Assembly (NCBI GenBank): GCA_963767925.1
Contig: CAVYGB010000008.1
Location: 224,001-288,000, forward strand
Reading direction: 5' to 3'
DNA: 64,000 bases
DNA from: an uncultured delta proteobacterium
GTDB taxonomy: Bacteria; Myxococcota_A; Polyangia; Fen-1088
Below, one piece after another: positions 1-13,148 of this stretch. Each line of letters starts with the position of its first letter. Positions within the stretch are counted from its first letter, which is position 1. Below the pieces are notes generated by a model. The model was not told where the DNA came from. It made no database searches and worked only from the letters and a program-made list of their open reading frames with translations. Made by a program: the position numbers and the translations under genes.

Positions 1-1013
1 CCCGGCACCACCCGATCGGTGAGCGTGGGGTGGCGATAGCTCTGCAGCTTGCCACCCACAACGCTCCGGGCGAGCTCGCTCTCGCCGGCGATCTGCTCGC
101 CGACCCGTAGCCGCAGCACCATCTGCGTGTCCGGCCAGGAGCTGCCGTTCTCGTTGTGGCAGTGCCCGCAGTTGGCGTGCAGGTAGCCGAGCGCCGCCGC
201 GGTCGGCGCGTCGCCCGGCACCGGGTAGGCGGAGGTTCCGTCCGCGGGCGGCGCGCTCAGGAGCGCCCTCTCGACGAGGCGGGCGAGGGTCAGGCCGGGA
301 CGGTCCGCCGCGGCGGGCTGCCCGAGCTGGAGGGACGACAGCCCCAGCACCCGGCCCTTGTCGCCGCGGTGGCACGCGCCGCAAACCTTGGCGGCCGGCG
401 CGTCGTGGGTCGACCCGTGAATGTCCATGGTCCCGTCCACCGCGTAGAACGCGTCGGTCCCCTCCATATTCCAGACGAAGGCGCCCATCCAGTAGTCCTC
501 CCGGCCGGGACCGTAGCGCTCGACGAGGCGGGTCTCGTAGAGCACGCCCTCGCGCGAGAACTCCTTCCAGAGCTTGGTCCCCACCGGAAATTGCCAGTGG
601 TCCATCTCGGTGGTGTCGACCCGGGTGCCGGGCGGCAGCCGGATCCAGCGGCGCTTGCTCGTGCCGTCGGACCAGAGCGGGTAGGCTGGCTCGAAGGCCT
701 CCAGGTCGGGCGCCGGCGCGGCGCCGCCTTCCGCGAAGAACCCGGTCTCCGCCAGACGCTGGTAGGCCGGTCGGGGATAAGGCGCGGGTCCGTCCACCGC
801 GGCGTCCTGCGGGTCGGGCGCGCGGTCGGTGGCCTCTCGATCGGGCGCAGCGGCGTCCGGCTCGGGTGGCGAGGCGTCGGGATCGAGCGCGCCCGCGTCC
901 GGAGGTCCGAGCGGCGGCTCCGCTCCGCCGCCGCAGCCCCCGGACAGGGCGAGGGTCGAGAGCAGAGCGGCCGTGCCGATGGCGGTCTGGCGGGCGCTCC
1001 CACGGATCAGCAC
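1..1013 (-). CDS. Lipoprotein dihaem c-type cytochrome (SO2930-like), 3' end runs off the window
   Basis: Not in the ORF track; translated by hand from GTG at 1013. Lipobox LALSGGC, Pro/Asp stalk, motifs [14 protein letters not shown] and [13 protein letters not shown], haem motifs CGACH and [11 protein letters not shown]. Confidence 0.8.
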   Translation of the reverse strand, partial: MLIRGSARQTAIGTAALLSTLALSGGCGGGAEPPLGPPDAGALDPDASPPEPDAAAPDREATDRAPDPQDAAVDGPAPYPRPAYQRLAETGFFAEGGAAPAPDLEAFEPAYPLWSDGTSKRRWIRLPPGTRVDTTEMDHWQFPVGTKLWKEFSREGVLYETRLVERYGPGREDYWMGAFVWNMEGTDAFYAVDGTMDIHGSTHDAPAAKVCGACHRGDKGRVLGLSSLQLGQPAAADRPGLTLARLVERALLSAPPADGTSAYPVPGDAPTAAALGYLHANCGHCHNENGSSWPDTQMVLRLRVGEQIAGESELARSVVGGKLQSYRHPTLTDRVVP

Positions 1014-1032
1014 GGCCTTTCAAGTGTGACGG

Positions 1033-2160
1033 CTATTGCCCGGGAGGAAAGGAGCACACGTCGTTGACCATGTTCGTCGCCGCCGGGATCGACTTCAGGT
1101 AATGCGCGATGTCACGGGCGTCCTGCGCGGTGAGACCGCCGTAGCTCGCCATGGGACCGGCGGGCATCGGCGGGCACAGCCCCTTGTCCATCTTGTCCTT
1201 GCCCTGCTTCAGCGCCTGGACGATGTCGTCGACGCTCCAGCTCCCCAGGCCGGTCACGGTGTCGGGCGTCAGGTTCTTCGAGCGGGAGATGAGGGTCATG
1301 GTGCCGAAGGGGACGGGGAACTCCTCGCCGCCCTGGAAGAACTTCGTCTCGTCGAGGGCGGTCTCGCCGCCCATGACGTGGGGCGTGTGGCACTCCACGC
1401 AGAGCCCCGTCTGCGCGGCCAGGTACCGACCGCGGGCGGCGGCCGCCTGGTTCGGATAGTCGTCGGCCGGCGTGGGGACGTCGCCGAGGGTGATGGCCGG
1501 CGCCGGCACCTCCACGTTGAACGACGCGCCCTTGGGCGGGATGGTGTTGGCCACCGGCGGCAACGTCTTCAAGAACGCCACGATGGCGTCGGCGTCCTCC
1601 GGGTCCATGTTGCCGAACACGTAGTAGGGCATGATCGGATGCAGGGCTACTTCGCCCGTCGCATCCGGGCGCAGCCCCTCCATGAACATCTTCTTGATGT
1701 CCGCATCGGTCCGGTTGCCCAGGCCGGTGGGGTGGGGTGTGAGGTTGCGGGCGTAGATGCAGTCGTTGTTGGGCAGCTTCACGAAACAGGCGGTGTCGCC
1801 CGCCATGTATTTGCTGGCGTCCAGCCTGCCGTCGGCCAGGCGGGGCGTGTGGCACTCGGGACAGGCGATCACGTTCTCCACGAGGTAGCGGCCCCGCTCC
1901 TGCTGCGCGGTCAAGGGAGCGGCGTCGGGCCCGACATCGGCGCTGGCGTCGGGCAGGCGGTCGGCTCCGGGGCCGTCGGGGGCCGGGGCGTCGACCGGGC
2001 GGTCGGCGGTGGTGGTATCGGCTCCGCCCGCCTCGCGGGCATCCGACGTCGCGGCGTCCGCCGGGTCGCCGTCGTCGTCGTCGCAGGCCAGCCCGGGCAG
2101 GCCGAGCGAACACAGGAGCAGAGCGGCGAGCCTCGGGGGATGAGAAGCTCTCATGGTCAT
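1033..2160 (-). CDS. Lipoprotein dihaem cytochrome c (gluconate/alcohol dehydrogenase cytochrome-subunit-like domains)
   Basis: Lipobox GLAC. Two repeats of RGRYL..CxxCHTP..NLTP..TGLG (CPECH, CVECH). AAGGAGG RBS before ATG at 2160. Confidence 0.85.
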   Translation of the reverse strand: MTMRASHPPRLAALLLCSLGLPGLACDDDDGDPADAATSDAREAGGADTTTADRPVDAPAPDGPGADRLPDASADVGPDAAPLTAQQERGRYLVENVIACPECHTPRLADGRLDASKYMAGDTACFVKLPNNDCIYARNLTPHPTGLGNRTDADIKKMFMEGLRPDATGEVALHPIMPYYVFGNMDPEDADAIVAFLKTLPPVANTIPPKGASFNVEVPAPAITLGDVPTPADDYPNQAAAARGRYLAAQTGLCVECHTPHVMGGETALDETKFFQGGEEFPVPFGTMTLISRSKNLTPDTVTGLGSWSVDDIVQALKQGKDKMDKGLCPPMPAGPMASYGGLTAQDARDIAHYLKSIPAATNMVNDVCSFPPGQ

Positions 2161-2394
2161 CGCGATCCTCCTTCGCACAATCCGTGCAGCCGCAGTACAT
2201 CACGGCGCGCGCGGGCCGAGAAGTCGCCACTGCCCCCGAAGCGGGATCGGCAGGCGGTCGCAGCGGAGACGCCATCCACGCACACAGTGAGACTTTTCCC
2301 TATGCGTGGTGTATCTGGAGTTACAAATACTAGTAAATAAAAGCACCTATACTTCAGGCGTGGGGGGGGAAGATCCGAGGGGATCAGCGGGGAG

Positions 2395-4167
2395 ATGATG
2401 GATCGTCAGGAAGGACCCGAGGGCGACGGAAACCGCCTGCGGCTGGAGCTCCCGGGGCGGGTGCTGCTCATCGACGACAGCCCCATCGTGCTCGAGACGG
2501 TCGGGTCGCTGATGGAGGAGTGGGGGCACACCGTCGTCACCGCCGAGCGGGCGGACCAGGGGCTGGAGGCGCTCGACAAGGCCCCCTTCGACGTGGTGGT
2601 GGCCGACGTCAACATGCCGGGGATGGACGGCCTCGAGCTGCTGGCGGCGGTGCGGGCCCGGTCGACGGACATCCCGGTCGTCATGTTGTCCTCGGCCACC
2701 GAGACCCGCATCGTCTTGCGGGCCATCCACGACGGCGCCTTCGACTACGTCAACAAGGACGACGGCCTCGAGCCGCTGGGCTCGGCCGTGCGCCGGGCCC
2801 TCGACCACGCCCGGCTGGTACAGGAGAACCGGCGCCTGATCGACGAGCAGCGCCGCATGAACCTGTGGCTCGAGAACAAGGTCCGCGAGCGGACCCTCGA
2901 GCTCGAGGAGCTGAACCGGCACCTCAGCGCCGAGCGGAGCGAGCTGGCCCGGGCCCTGGGCGCCCTGCGGGAGACCCAGAGCCAGCTCATCCAGGCCGAG
3001 AAGATGGCCACCATCGGCCTGTTCACCGCCGGCATCGCCCACGAGATCAACAACCCCCTGGCCTTCCTGCTGCCCGACTTCGAGCACCTCGAGCAGTGGG
3101 TCTCCGCCTACCGCAGCGGTCAGGATCCCCAGGAGGTGATGACCTCGGACGACCTCGAGCAGCTCCTCAAGGACTGCCGCCATGGGCTGCAGCGCATCGG
3201 TCGCATCGTCAAGCAGATCAGCGTCTTCGCTCATCAGAGCCCGCACGACCTGGCGAAGGTGGACCTGGCGGCGGTGGTGGGCGTCGTGTTCCGCATGCTG
3301 GACAAGGAGACGCAGCGGATCCGGGCCGGCCTCGGCAGCAAGGTCGCCGAGGCCGTCTCGGTGCGCGGCAACGCCGACCAGCTCCAGCAAGTGCTGTTCA
3401 ACCTCACCCTCAACGCCCTCCAGGGGCTGGATCCCGGGCGCAGCGACAGCACCGTCGAGATCGAGGCGCGGGCCCACGGCGCCGACGTCGTCATCAGCGT
3501 GTCCGACAACGGCCGGGGCATCCCCACCCGCAACCTCGAGCGGGTCTTCGAACCGTTTTTCACGACCAAGCGGGTGGGGGAGGGGACCGGCCTGGGCCTG
3601 TCGATCTGCCGCCGGCTCGTGCAGCGGATGGGCGGCCGCCTCGAGCTGACCAGCCGGGAGGGGGTGGGCACCACCGCCTACCTCGTGCTGCCGGCCTGGG
3701 AAGCGGCCGCCGAGAGCCTGGAGGCCGACCCCCTGGCCGAGGCTCTGGCGCAGGCCCCCGAGGATCCCCACCGCCGGCTGCTGGTGGCGGTCGTCGACGA
3801 CGAGCCCGCCCTGCTGCAGGCCATGCGCCGCATGCTCTCGGACGACCACGAGGTGGTGACCTTCGCCGAGGCGATCGAGGCCAAGGAGTGGCTGCTCTAC
3901 GGCCCCCGGCCCGACCTCGTCCTGTGCGACATCATGATGCCGGTGCTCAGCGGCATCGACCTGTTCAACGAGGTGACGCGCATGCACCCGTCGCTGGCCT
4001 CGCGCTTCGTCCTCGTCACGGGGGCCGCCCAGGGCCCCGAGGTGGACGCGCTGCTCAAGAAGCCGGAGGTCCGCGTCGTGGAGAAGCCCATCGAGCGGCA
4101 GAACCTGCTGGCCCTCTGCCGCGAGGTCGCGGGAGCCAGCGGCCAGCACAACGCCAACGCCGCCTGA
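2395..4167 (+). CDS. Hybrid histidine kinase (REC-coiled coil-HisKA-HATPase-REC)
   Basis: [14 protein letters not shown] receiver, H-box [10 protein letters not shown] boxes ([20 protein letters not shown]), C-terminal receiver VVDDE..CDIMMP. Confidence 0.92.
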   Translation: MMDRQEGPEGDGNRLRLELPGRVLLIDDSPIVLETVGSLMEEWGHTVVTAERADQGLEALDKAPFDVVVADVNMPGMDGLELLAAVRARSTDIPVVMLSSATETRIVLRAIHDGAFDYVNKDDGLEPLGSAVRRALDHARLVQENRRLIDEQRRMNLWLENKVRERTLELEELNRHLSAERSELARALGALRETQSQLIQAEKMATIGLFTAGIAHEINNPLAFLLPDFEHLEQWVSAYRSGQDPQEVMTSDDLEQLLKDCRHGLQRIGRIVKQISVFAHQSPHDLAKVDLAAVVGVVFRMLDKETQRIRAGLGSKVAEAVSVRGNADQLQQVLFNLTLNALQGLDPGRSDSTVEIEARAHGADVVISVSDNGRGIPTRNLERVFEPFFTTKRVGEGTGLGLSICRRLVQRMGGRLELTSREGVGTTAYLVLPAWEAAAESLEADPLAEALAQAPEDPHRRLLVAVVDDEPALLQAMRRMLSDDHEVVTFAEAIEAKEWLLYGPRPDLVLCDIMMPVLSGIDLFNEVTRMHPSLASRFVLVTGAAQGPEVDALLKKPEVRVVEKPIERQNLLALCREVAGASGQHNANAA

Positions 4168-4223
4168 GAGAACCTGCGTTCCCGCTTGACGGGGAGCGCC
4201 GGGTGGATATTGATTTCGCCAGC

Positions 4224-5888
<1,665 letters not shown>

Positions 5889-5895
5889 GCGGGCC

Positions 5896-5951
5896 GGCCA
5901 GGCCAGGCCAGGCAAGGGCAAGGCAAGGCAAGGCAAGGCAAGGCAAGGCAA
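5896..5951 (+). repeat. Pentanucleotide tandem repeat (GGCCA)x3 + (GGCAA)x8
   Basis: Read directly; one extra G at 5916. Lies between convergent stop codons. Confidence 0.95.
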
Positions 5952-5967
5952 CGACCGGCCGGCCCCA

Positions 5968-6723
5968 CTAGAGGGCCGGCCACTCCAGCCAGGGATCGAG
6001 CAGGGGGCGGGTGCCCAGGGTGTCGTGGTCCACGTGAAAGAGGCGGAAGAAGACGGCGTAGCGGACGTGCGGTCCCAGGTTGGGGGCGATGCCGTGGGCG
6101 AGCTGGTAGTGGGCCAGGATGGCGTCGCCGGCGCGGGCCTGGATCGGCCGGGGCGCCGGCAGCGGCAGGTCCGGATAGCGGTCGACGACCGCGGCGGGTC
6201 CTTCGCGCCGGAGGTGCTCGGCCAGGATGTTGTGTGAGCCGGGCCAGACCGTGAGGTTGCCCCGGTCGGGTTCGGTGACGTCGCTCAGGAACACGCCGGC
6301 CAGCGCGGTGAAGTGGTAGAGGGTCCCGGGAGGGACGCCGTTGCCCGGTGTCGAGATGCCATCGATGTGGGGGACGGCGGGGCTGCCGGGCGCGGCGCCC
6401 GGGAAGCGCAGGGCGATCTGTCCTTCGCTGGGCGGCCTGACCTTGCCCGCGCCGATCGCCGCCTCGGCCACCGCCCGGAGCGGGCTGCGCCCGAAGAGTT
6501 CGAGGATCACCGGCGCCGTCCGCAGCTCGGGCGTGAAGGTGCGGGCGCGAAAGCCGGGGAGCTGATCCTTGGCCATGCCCTCGGTGCCGAGCGAGTGGTT
6601 GACCGCCCGCAGGGCGGCGTCGATCTGTGCCGGGGGGATCAGCCCGGGCAGCATCAGGTACCCTTCGTCGCGCAGGGCGCGCCGCTGATCGGCGTCGAGG
6701 ACGACCGCTCGTGACTCCGTCAT
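5968..6723 (-). CDS. Phytanoyl-CoA dioxygenase (PhyH)-like Fe(II)/2OG oxygenase
   Basis: Start MTESRAVV. DEGYLML, HxD motif PHIDG, GNLTVWPGSH, distal His in HYQLAHG. Confidence 0.85.
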   Translation of the reverse strand: MTESRAVVLDADQRRALRDEGYLMLPGLIPPAQIDAALRAVNHSLGTEGMAKDQLPGFRARTFTPELRTAPVILELFGRSPLRAVAEAAIGAGKVRPPSEGQIALRFPGAAPGSPAVPHIDGISTPGNGVPPGTLYHFTALAGVFLSDVTEPDRGNLTVWPGSHNILAEHLRREGPAAVVDRYPDLPLPAPRPIQARAGDAILAHYQLAHGIAPNLGPHVRYAVFFRLFHVDHDTLGTRPLLDPWLEWPAL

Positions 6724-6743
6724 CCCGCCAGGATAAGCAGCCA

Positions 6744-7652
6744 TCAGGCCGCTGGCAGCAGTTGCGCGAGCTCGGGGAACGACGCGACCGAGAGGGTCAG
6801 GTGGGCGGGGGGCTCGCCGGTCCCATCGCGGGCCCGGGCCAGCCACTGCAGCGCCGGCCCGGCCGCCGAGGGGACCATGATCGTCGCCCAGATCCGCCGC
6901 TGCAGGACCATGCGCTGCCCGAGCGCGGCCGAGCCATCGCAGCCGATGATCGGCAGCGCCGCCAGGTGGGGCAGATCGCGCCGGGAGGCCACGTCGCGCA
7001 AGGCCTGGCGGGCGCCCAGGGCCATCTCGTCGTTCTGCGCGCACACGACCTGGGGCAAGGCCTCGAGGGAGGCCTCCTCCAGCCAGCGGTCGAGCAGCAG
7101 CCGGGCGCCCTCCACCGTCCAGTCGGAGTCGACAACCGTGAGCCGGTAGTTGTTTGCGCCGAGGTCGGTCCGCAGGGCCTGCAGGCGCCGCTGCGAGGAG
7201 GAGGTCCGCGCCAGGCCGGTCACGCACAGGATGGTGCCCCCATCGGGCAGCAGGAGGTGGAGCTGCTCGGCCTGGATCCGGCCGATCTGGGATTGATCGG
7301 GCGTGACGCCGAAGATGGGCACGCCCGGGAACTCCGCCCGCAGCGCCGGCAGGTAGCTGGCCTCCCGGTTCAGCAGCACCCAGCCCACGCCGACCGCGGC
7401 CGTCTGGCGGGCGACCTCGGCGAGCGCATCGTCGCGGACCGGGCTGACGAGCACGGCGGCCAGCCCGTCGGTCTCCGCGCGGGCCAGCGCCTCGGCCACC
7501 TGGGCCGACTGCTTGCCGGCATCGTTCCCGGCGGCGAGCACGCGCACGGAGAAGCCGACCTCGGTCCCCACCCGCACGGCTTCCTCGGCCAGACGCGCCT
7601 GGTAGTCGTTGTCCCGGCTCCTCAGAAACAGCGCGATCTCCCGACGCCGCAC
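6744..7652 (-). CDS. LacI/RbsB-type sugar-binding domain protein without signal peptide or HTH
   Basis: DNDYQ, VLLNR, IGRIQA, SDW, CAQNDEMALGA and IIGCDG motifs of the Peripla_BP family. Start uncertain (7652-7754). Confidence 0.75.
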   Translation of the reverse strand: MRRREIALFLRSRDNDYQARLAEEAVRVGTEVGFSVRVLAAGNDAGKQSAQVAEALARAETDGLAAVLVSPVRDDALAEVARQTAAVGVGWVLLNREASYLPALRAEFPGVPIFGVTPDQSQIGRIQAEQLHLLLPDGGTILCVTGLARTSSSQRRLQALRTDLGANNYRLTVVDSDWTVEGARLLLDRWLEEASLEALPQVVCAQNDEMALGARQALRDVASRRDLPHLAALPIIGCDGSAALGQRMVLQRRIWATIMVPSAAGPALQWLARARDGTGEPPAHLTLSVASFPELAQLLPAA

Positions 7653-8052
7653 GCCCCTATTTTGTCCCAGCCCGGGGTCCATTGCAGCCCTGAGAGTCGA
7701 GGCTTCGTCCGTCAGGGTCGCCGGGACGGCAACGCGTAAAATCGGCGTAAACACCCCGGCGCGCCGCCGGTGCTTTCGGGGCCCCGACTATACTGACCGC
7801 CCGTCACCCCTCCTTTCGTTGCGGCACCATGCGTCAGAAGGCGAACCAAGCAGCGGCCCCCTGCCGGGCGGGCCGTGGGCGCCGGCCGGCGGCACCGGAA
7901 CGGCACGCGCCAGGCCGGCGCCGAGGCGGTAAGCTGCCCGCCGTCGGCCCGGTGGTCGCCCGGGGCCGGGGCGGGTCACTTCCCAGGACATATGCCCATT
8001 CCCCGGGCGCCGGGGTCCCTCTTCGGCGACAGTCTCGGATCGGAGTCTTCCC

Positions 8053-9152
<1,100 letters not shown>

Positions 9153-9156
<4 letters not shown>

Positions 9157-10868
9157 AGCTCATCGCCCCCACCAAGCTGCTCAAGCTCGTCGAGCGGAAC
9201 CGGGACGGGACACCGTTTTACGCGCGGGCCCTGCGCATCACCAACTGGCGGGTGGTCTCGCAGGTGTCGTTTTTCGCCCTGTTCGTCTTCCTGCTGTGGG
9301 CCACCTGGTTCTCCCGGCTGGGGGGCTACCCGGTCTCGCTCTTCCTGGAGATCGACCCCCTCGTCACCTTCGCGACCGCGCTGTCGACCGGCACGGTGTA
9401 CCGCTGGCTGTGGCGGGCGATGTGGATCTTGATCCCCACGCTGCTGCTGGGGCGGGTGTTCTGCGGCTGGATCTGCCCCTACGGGACGATGCACCAGTTC
9501 ATCGGCTGGGTGTTCAACATCCGCAAGAACCGGCAGAACATCGACGTCAACGCCTACCGCCCGATCTTCCAGCTCAAGTACTTCGGCCTCGTCATCTTCC
9601 TCGTGCTGGCCGCCTTCGGCTCGCTCCAGATCGGGCTGCTCGATCCGATCTGCTTGCTGGTGCGATCGTTCGCGGTGGCGCTCAAGCCGGGCGCCGACGC
9701 CGCCTTGCCCGCGGGGATCGACTTCCTGCGGTCGGCCCCCGGCGCCATCGACCCCCGGGTCTTCTCCGGCGCCTGGTTCGTGGGGCTCATGCTCGTCGCC
9801 CTGGTGGGCATGAACCTGGTCATCCCCCGCTTCTTCTGCCGGGTGCTCTGCCCGCTGGGCGCCTTCCTGGGCGTGCTCTCCCGCTTCGCGCTGTGGCGCA
9901 TCGACCGGGACGTCACCAAGTGCACCGACTGCAACCTCTGCCTGCGCCACTGCGAGGGGGCCTCCGATCCCCAGGCCGCCCTGCGCAAGAGCGAGTGTTT
10001 CGTCTGCTTCAATTGCATCGACGACTGCCCGGAGGACGCCCTCAGCTTCCGCCTGGCCCCCGTCCCCATCCACAAGCGCATCATCGGCTCGATCAAGGAC
10101 GGCAGCGCCAAGCTGTTCGGGCGCAAGGTGATCTCCAAGCTCCCCGAGACCGAGATCGCCAAGCCGGCCGTGCCCCGCCGGCGCTGGATCCTGGCCGGGG
10201 TGGTGGGCGTCTTGACCTACCCCTTCCTCCGCTACTCGAAGGCGGTCAACAAGCGGAGCTTCAACGACAAGGCCATCCGCCCCCCCGGCACCGTCGCCGA
10301 GGAGGAGTTCCTCGAGCGTTGTATCAAGTGCGACCAGTGCATCAACGTCTGCCCCACCAACGTGCTGCAGCCCTCGACGCTGAGCGAGGGCGGGCTCGAG
10401 GGGTTGTGGACGCCGGTGATGGACTTCCGCACCGGGTTCTGTCAGCTGAACTGCACGCTGTGCAGCGAGGTCTGCCCCACGGGGGCCATCCAGAAGATCT
10501 CCCTGGCCCAGAAGCTGGGCCTCGGTGAGCACAAGGAGCAGGGCCCCATTCGCCTGGGCACCGCCTTCTTCAATCAGGGGCGCTGCCTGCCCTGGTCGAT
10601 GCAGACCCCCTGCGTGGTCTGCGAGGAGGTCTGCCCGACCAGTCCCAAGGCGATCGGCACCTACCAGGAGACCATCACCCGCTGGGACGGCCAGAAGGTG
10701 CTGCTCAACAAGCCTTACATGCGTCCCGAGCTCTGCATCGGCTGCGGCATCTGCGAGCGGGAGTGCCCGGTCGTCGACGATCCCGCGGTCTACGTCACGG
10801 CCATCGGGGAGACCCGCTCCAAGGACCGCACTTTGCTCCTCGGCAGCCACAAGAAGCAGGAGACCTGA
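9153..10868 (+). CDS. Membrane polyferredoxin (NapH/MauN-like TM part fused to NapG/MauM-like 4Fe-4S part)
   Basis: [23 protein letters not shown], several CxxCxxCxxxC(P) motifs, [17 protein letters not shown] overlap with the upstream gene. Confidence 0.9.
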
Positions 10869-10873
10869 ACCTC

Positions 10874-12079
10874 ATGAGCAAGAAAATCGGCAAGAGCCAC
10901 CACATCACCCGGCGACAGATGCTGAGCAAGGCCGGCGCCGCCGGCGGCGGGCTGGTGCTCGCCTCCACGCTGGGCGTGGGGCCCGAGGCCATCGCGGCCG
11001 CTCCCCTGCAGGTCCCCCGGCGCGTGCTGGGCAAGACCGGCGAGAAGATCCCCATCCTCTGCATGGGGGGCGCCTTGCCCCTGGATCCCCGCTTCGACCC
11101 CAAGCTGGCCGAGTGCGTGAAATACGGGGTCAACTACTTCGATCAGGCCGACTGCTACTCGGGCGGGGAGGGGGAGCCGGCCCTGGGCGCGTTCCACACC
11201 CGGGCCAACCTGCGCTCGAAGATCTGGATCACGACCAAGAGCGACGAGAAGGATCCCAAGGGCTTCGAGGAGACGTTCCACAAGAGCCTCGAGAAGCTGA
11301 AGACCGACTACGTCGACATGTATTACCTGCACGGCCTGCGCAAGCCCGAGCACCTCAGCGACGAGCTGAAGGTGGTGGTCGAGCGGCTGCGCAAGCAGAA
11401 GAAGCTGCGCTTCTTCGGCTTCTCCTGCCACGACGGCACGGTGGCCGAGCTGCTCGATCTGGCGGCCAAGCTGCCCTGGATCGACTCGGTCATGTTCCGC
11501 TACAACTTCCAGCAATACGGCAACGAGAAGCTCAACCGGGCCATCGACGCTTGCGTGAAGTCCAACGTCGGGCTCATCGCCATGAAGGCCCAGGGGTCGG
11601 CGGTCTCCTTCGAGCCGCAGTGGAAGAAGTTCGAGCAGACCGGCAAGTGGAACAAATATCAGGCGGTCATGAAGGCGGTCTGGGCCGACGAGCGGATCAC
11701 GGCGGCGGTGTCCGACATGGACAACCTCGACAAGCTCCGGGAGAACATCGGCGCCGCCCTCGACAAGACCAAGCTCAGCGCCGCCGAGCTCGAGGCCCTG
11801 CACAAATACGCCTCGGCCAGCCGGTCGGTGACCTGCGACGGCTGCGATCACCTGTGCGGCGCGGCCCTGGCGGCCCCCCTGCAGGTCGGGACCACCCTGC
11901 GCTACCTCATGTACCACGACGTCTACGGCAAGTCGGAGCTGGCCAAGGACCTCTACCGCAAGCTGCCGGCCGAGGCCCGCCAGCTCGCGGGGGTCGACTT
12001 CGGCCCGGCCCGGGCAGCCTGCCCCCACGGGGTGGACATCGCCCACTGGATGAAGCGCGCGGCCGACGTCCTCGCCTGA
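10874..12079 (+). CDS. Aldo/keto reductase with Tat-like signal and C-terminal Cys cluster
   Basis: TRRQML signal, [41 protein letters not shown]-terminal [15 protein letters not shown]. Confidence 0.88.
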   Translation: MSKKIGKSHHITRRQMLSKAGAAGGGLVLASTLGVGPEAIAAAPLQVPRRVLGKTGEKIPILCMGGALPLDPRFDPKLAECVKYGVNYFDQADCYSGGEGEPALGAFHTRANLRSKIWITTKSDEKDPKGFEETFHKSLEKLKTDYVDMYYLHGLRKPEHLSDELKVVVERLRKQKKLRFFGFSCHDGTVAELLDLAAKLPWIDSVMFRYNFQQYGNEKLNRAIDACVKSNVGLIAMKAQGSAVSFEPQWKKFEQTGKWNKYQAVMKAVWADERITAAVSDMDNLDKLRENIGAALDKTKLSAAELEALHKYASASRSVTCDGCDHLCGAALAAPLQVGTTLRYLMYHDVYGKSELAKDLYRKLPAEARQLAGVDFGPARAACPHGVDIAHWMKRAADVLA

Positions 12080-12934
12080 TCAGTTCCGCCGGGATCGCTC
12101 GGCGGCGTCTCTCAACCGGGCGGCGGAGAGCCGTTGCGGGGCCAGGGCCGGGGTCAGCAGGATCTCGATGCGCCGGTTGCGCGAGCGACCGGCGCCGCTG
12201 CGGTTGCTCTCGATGGGGTGGTGCTCGCCGTAGCCGCTCGCCACCAGGCGGTCGGGGGGCACGCCCGCCTTGTCGTGCAGGAAGCGGACGACGTTGAGGG
12301 CCCGCCCGGCCGACAGCTCCCAGTTGGTGGGGAACTGCCGGCGCAGCTTGCGCGAGATGGGCTGGTTGTCGGTGTGTCCCGAGACCTGGAGCTGCTTGTC
12401 CCCGATCTGGGCCAGCACGCCCCCCACCCGGGCCAGCACGCTGGCCCCCCGCTTCGAGACGTTGGCGCTGCCCGAGTCGAACAGGATCTTGTCGACCATG
12501 TCGACGCGCAAGCGGCCGTTGCTCTGGCTGAGGGCGATCTCGCCCTTGGCGATCTCGTCTTTCATCTTGTCCTGCAGGCTCTCGAAGGTGCCCTTGAGCT
12601 CGGCCAGCTCGCTCGCCTTGGCCTCGACGTTCTTCTGCAAGGCATCGCGGGCGGCGGCCAGCTCGGTCTTCTCGCTCGCCAGGGCCTGCAGGCGCAGCTC
12701 GAGAGCCCCGCGCGCCCGCTCGCTGGCCTCGCCCTTGTGAACCAGGGCCACCAGCCGGACCTGCTCCTTCCAGGCGAGCTGGCCGACGTAGGCCACGCCC
12801 AGCAGCACGAGGACCAGCAGCAGCCAGGGCACGCGCGAGGGCGGCCGCGGCTCGGTCATCATTCGATAAGCCGGGTCGTGGGGCACGCCGTACGACGGAT
12901 AGTGCGGCGGTGTCTGGGTCTGCGGAGCGTACAT
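12080..12934 (-). CDS. OmpA/MotB-family peptidoglycan-binding membrane protein
   Basis: N-terminal TM, coiled coil, ILFDSG, GHTDN, NWELSAGRA, GYGEHHP, NRRIEI. Confidence 0.9.
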   Translation of the reverse strand: MYAPQTQTPPHYPSYGVPHDPAYRMMTEPRPPSRVPWLLLVLVLLGVAYVGQLAWKEQVRLVALVHKGEASERARGALELRLQALASEKTELAAARDALQKNVEAKASELAELKGTFESLQDKMKDEIAKGEIALSQSNGRLRVDMVDKILFDSGSANVSKRGASVLARVGGVLAQIGDKQLQVSGHTDNQPISRKLRRQFPTNWELSAGRALNVVRFLHDKAGVPPDRLVASGYGEHHPIESNRSGAGRSRNRRIEILLTPALAPQRLSAARLRDAAERSRRN

Positions 12935-13148
12935 GGTCGTCCCTCCTGTCGCGGTCCCACGGCGGGCGCCTCACTCCTTCGCCCACCTCACCTGTCTCGC
13001 TCCTCGCCTCCGCGTCCCCCGTAAGGGGGCCCACGCCCGCCCCAGCGAAAAACAGGTCCGGGTCATTGTGGACCGGGCCCTGAGGCGGGAGCAACCGGAT
13101 CCGTGCTGGAAACAACGGATTGTTCACCACCCGGGCTAAGCTGCGCCG

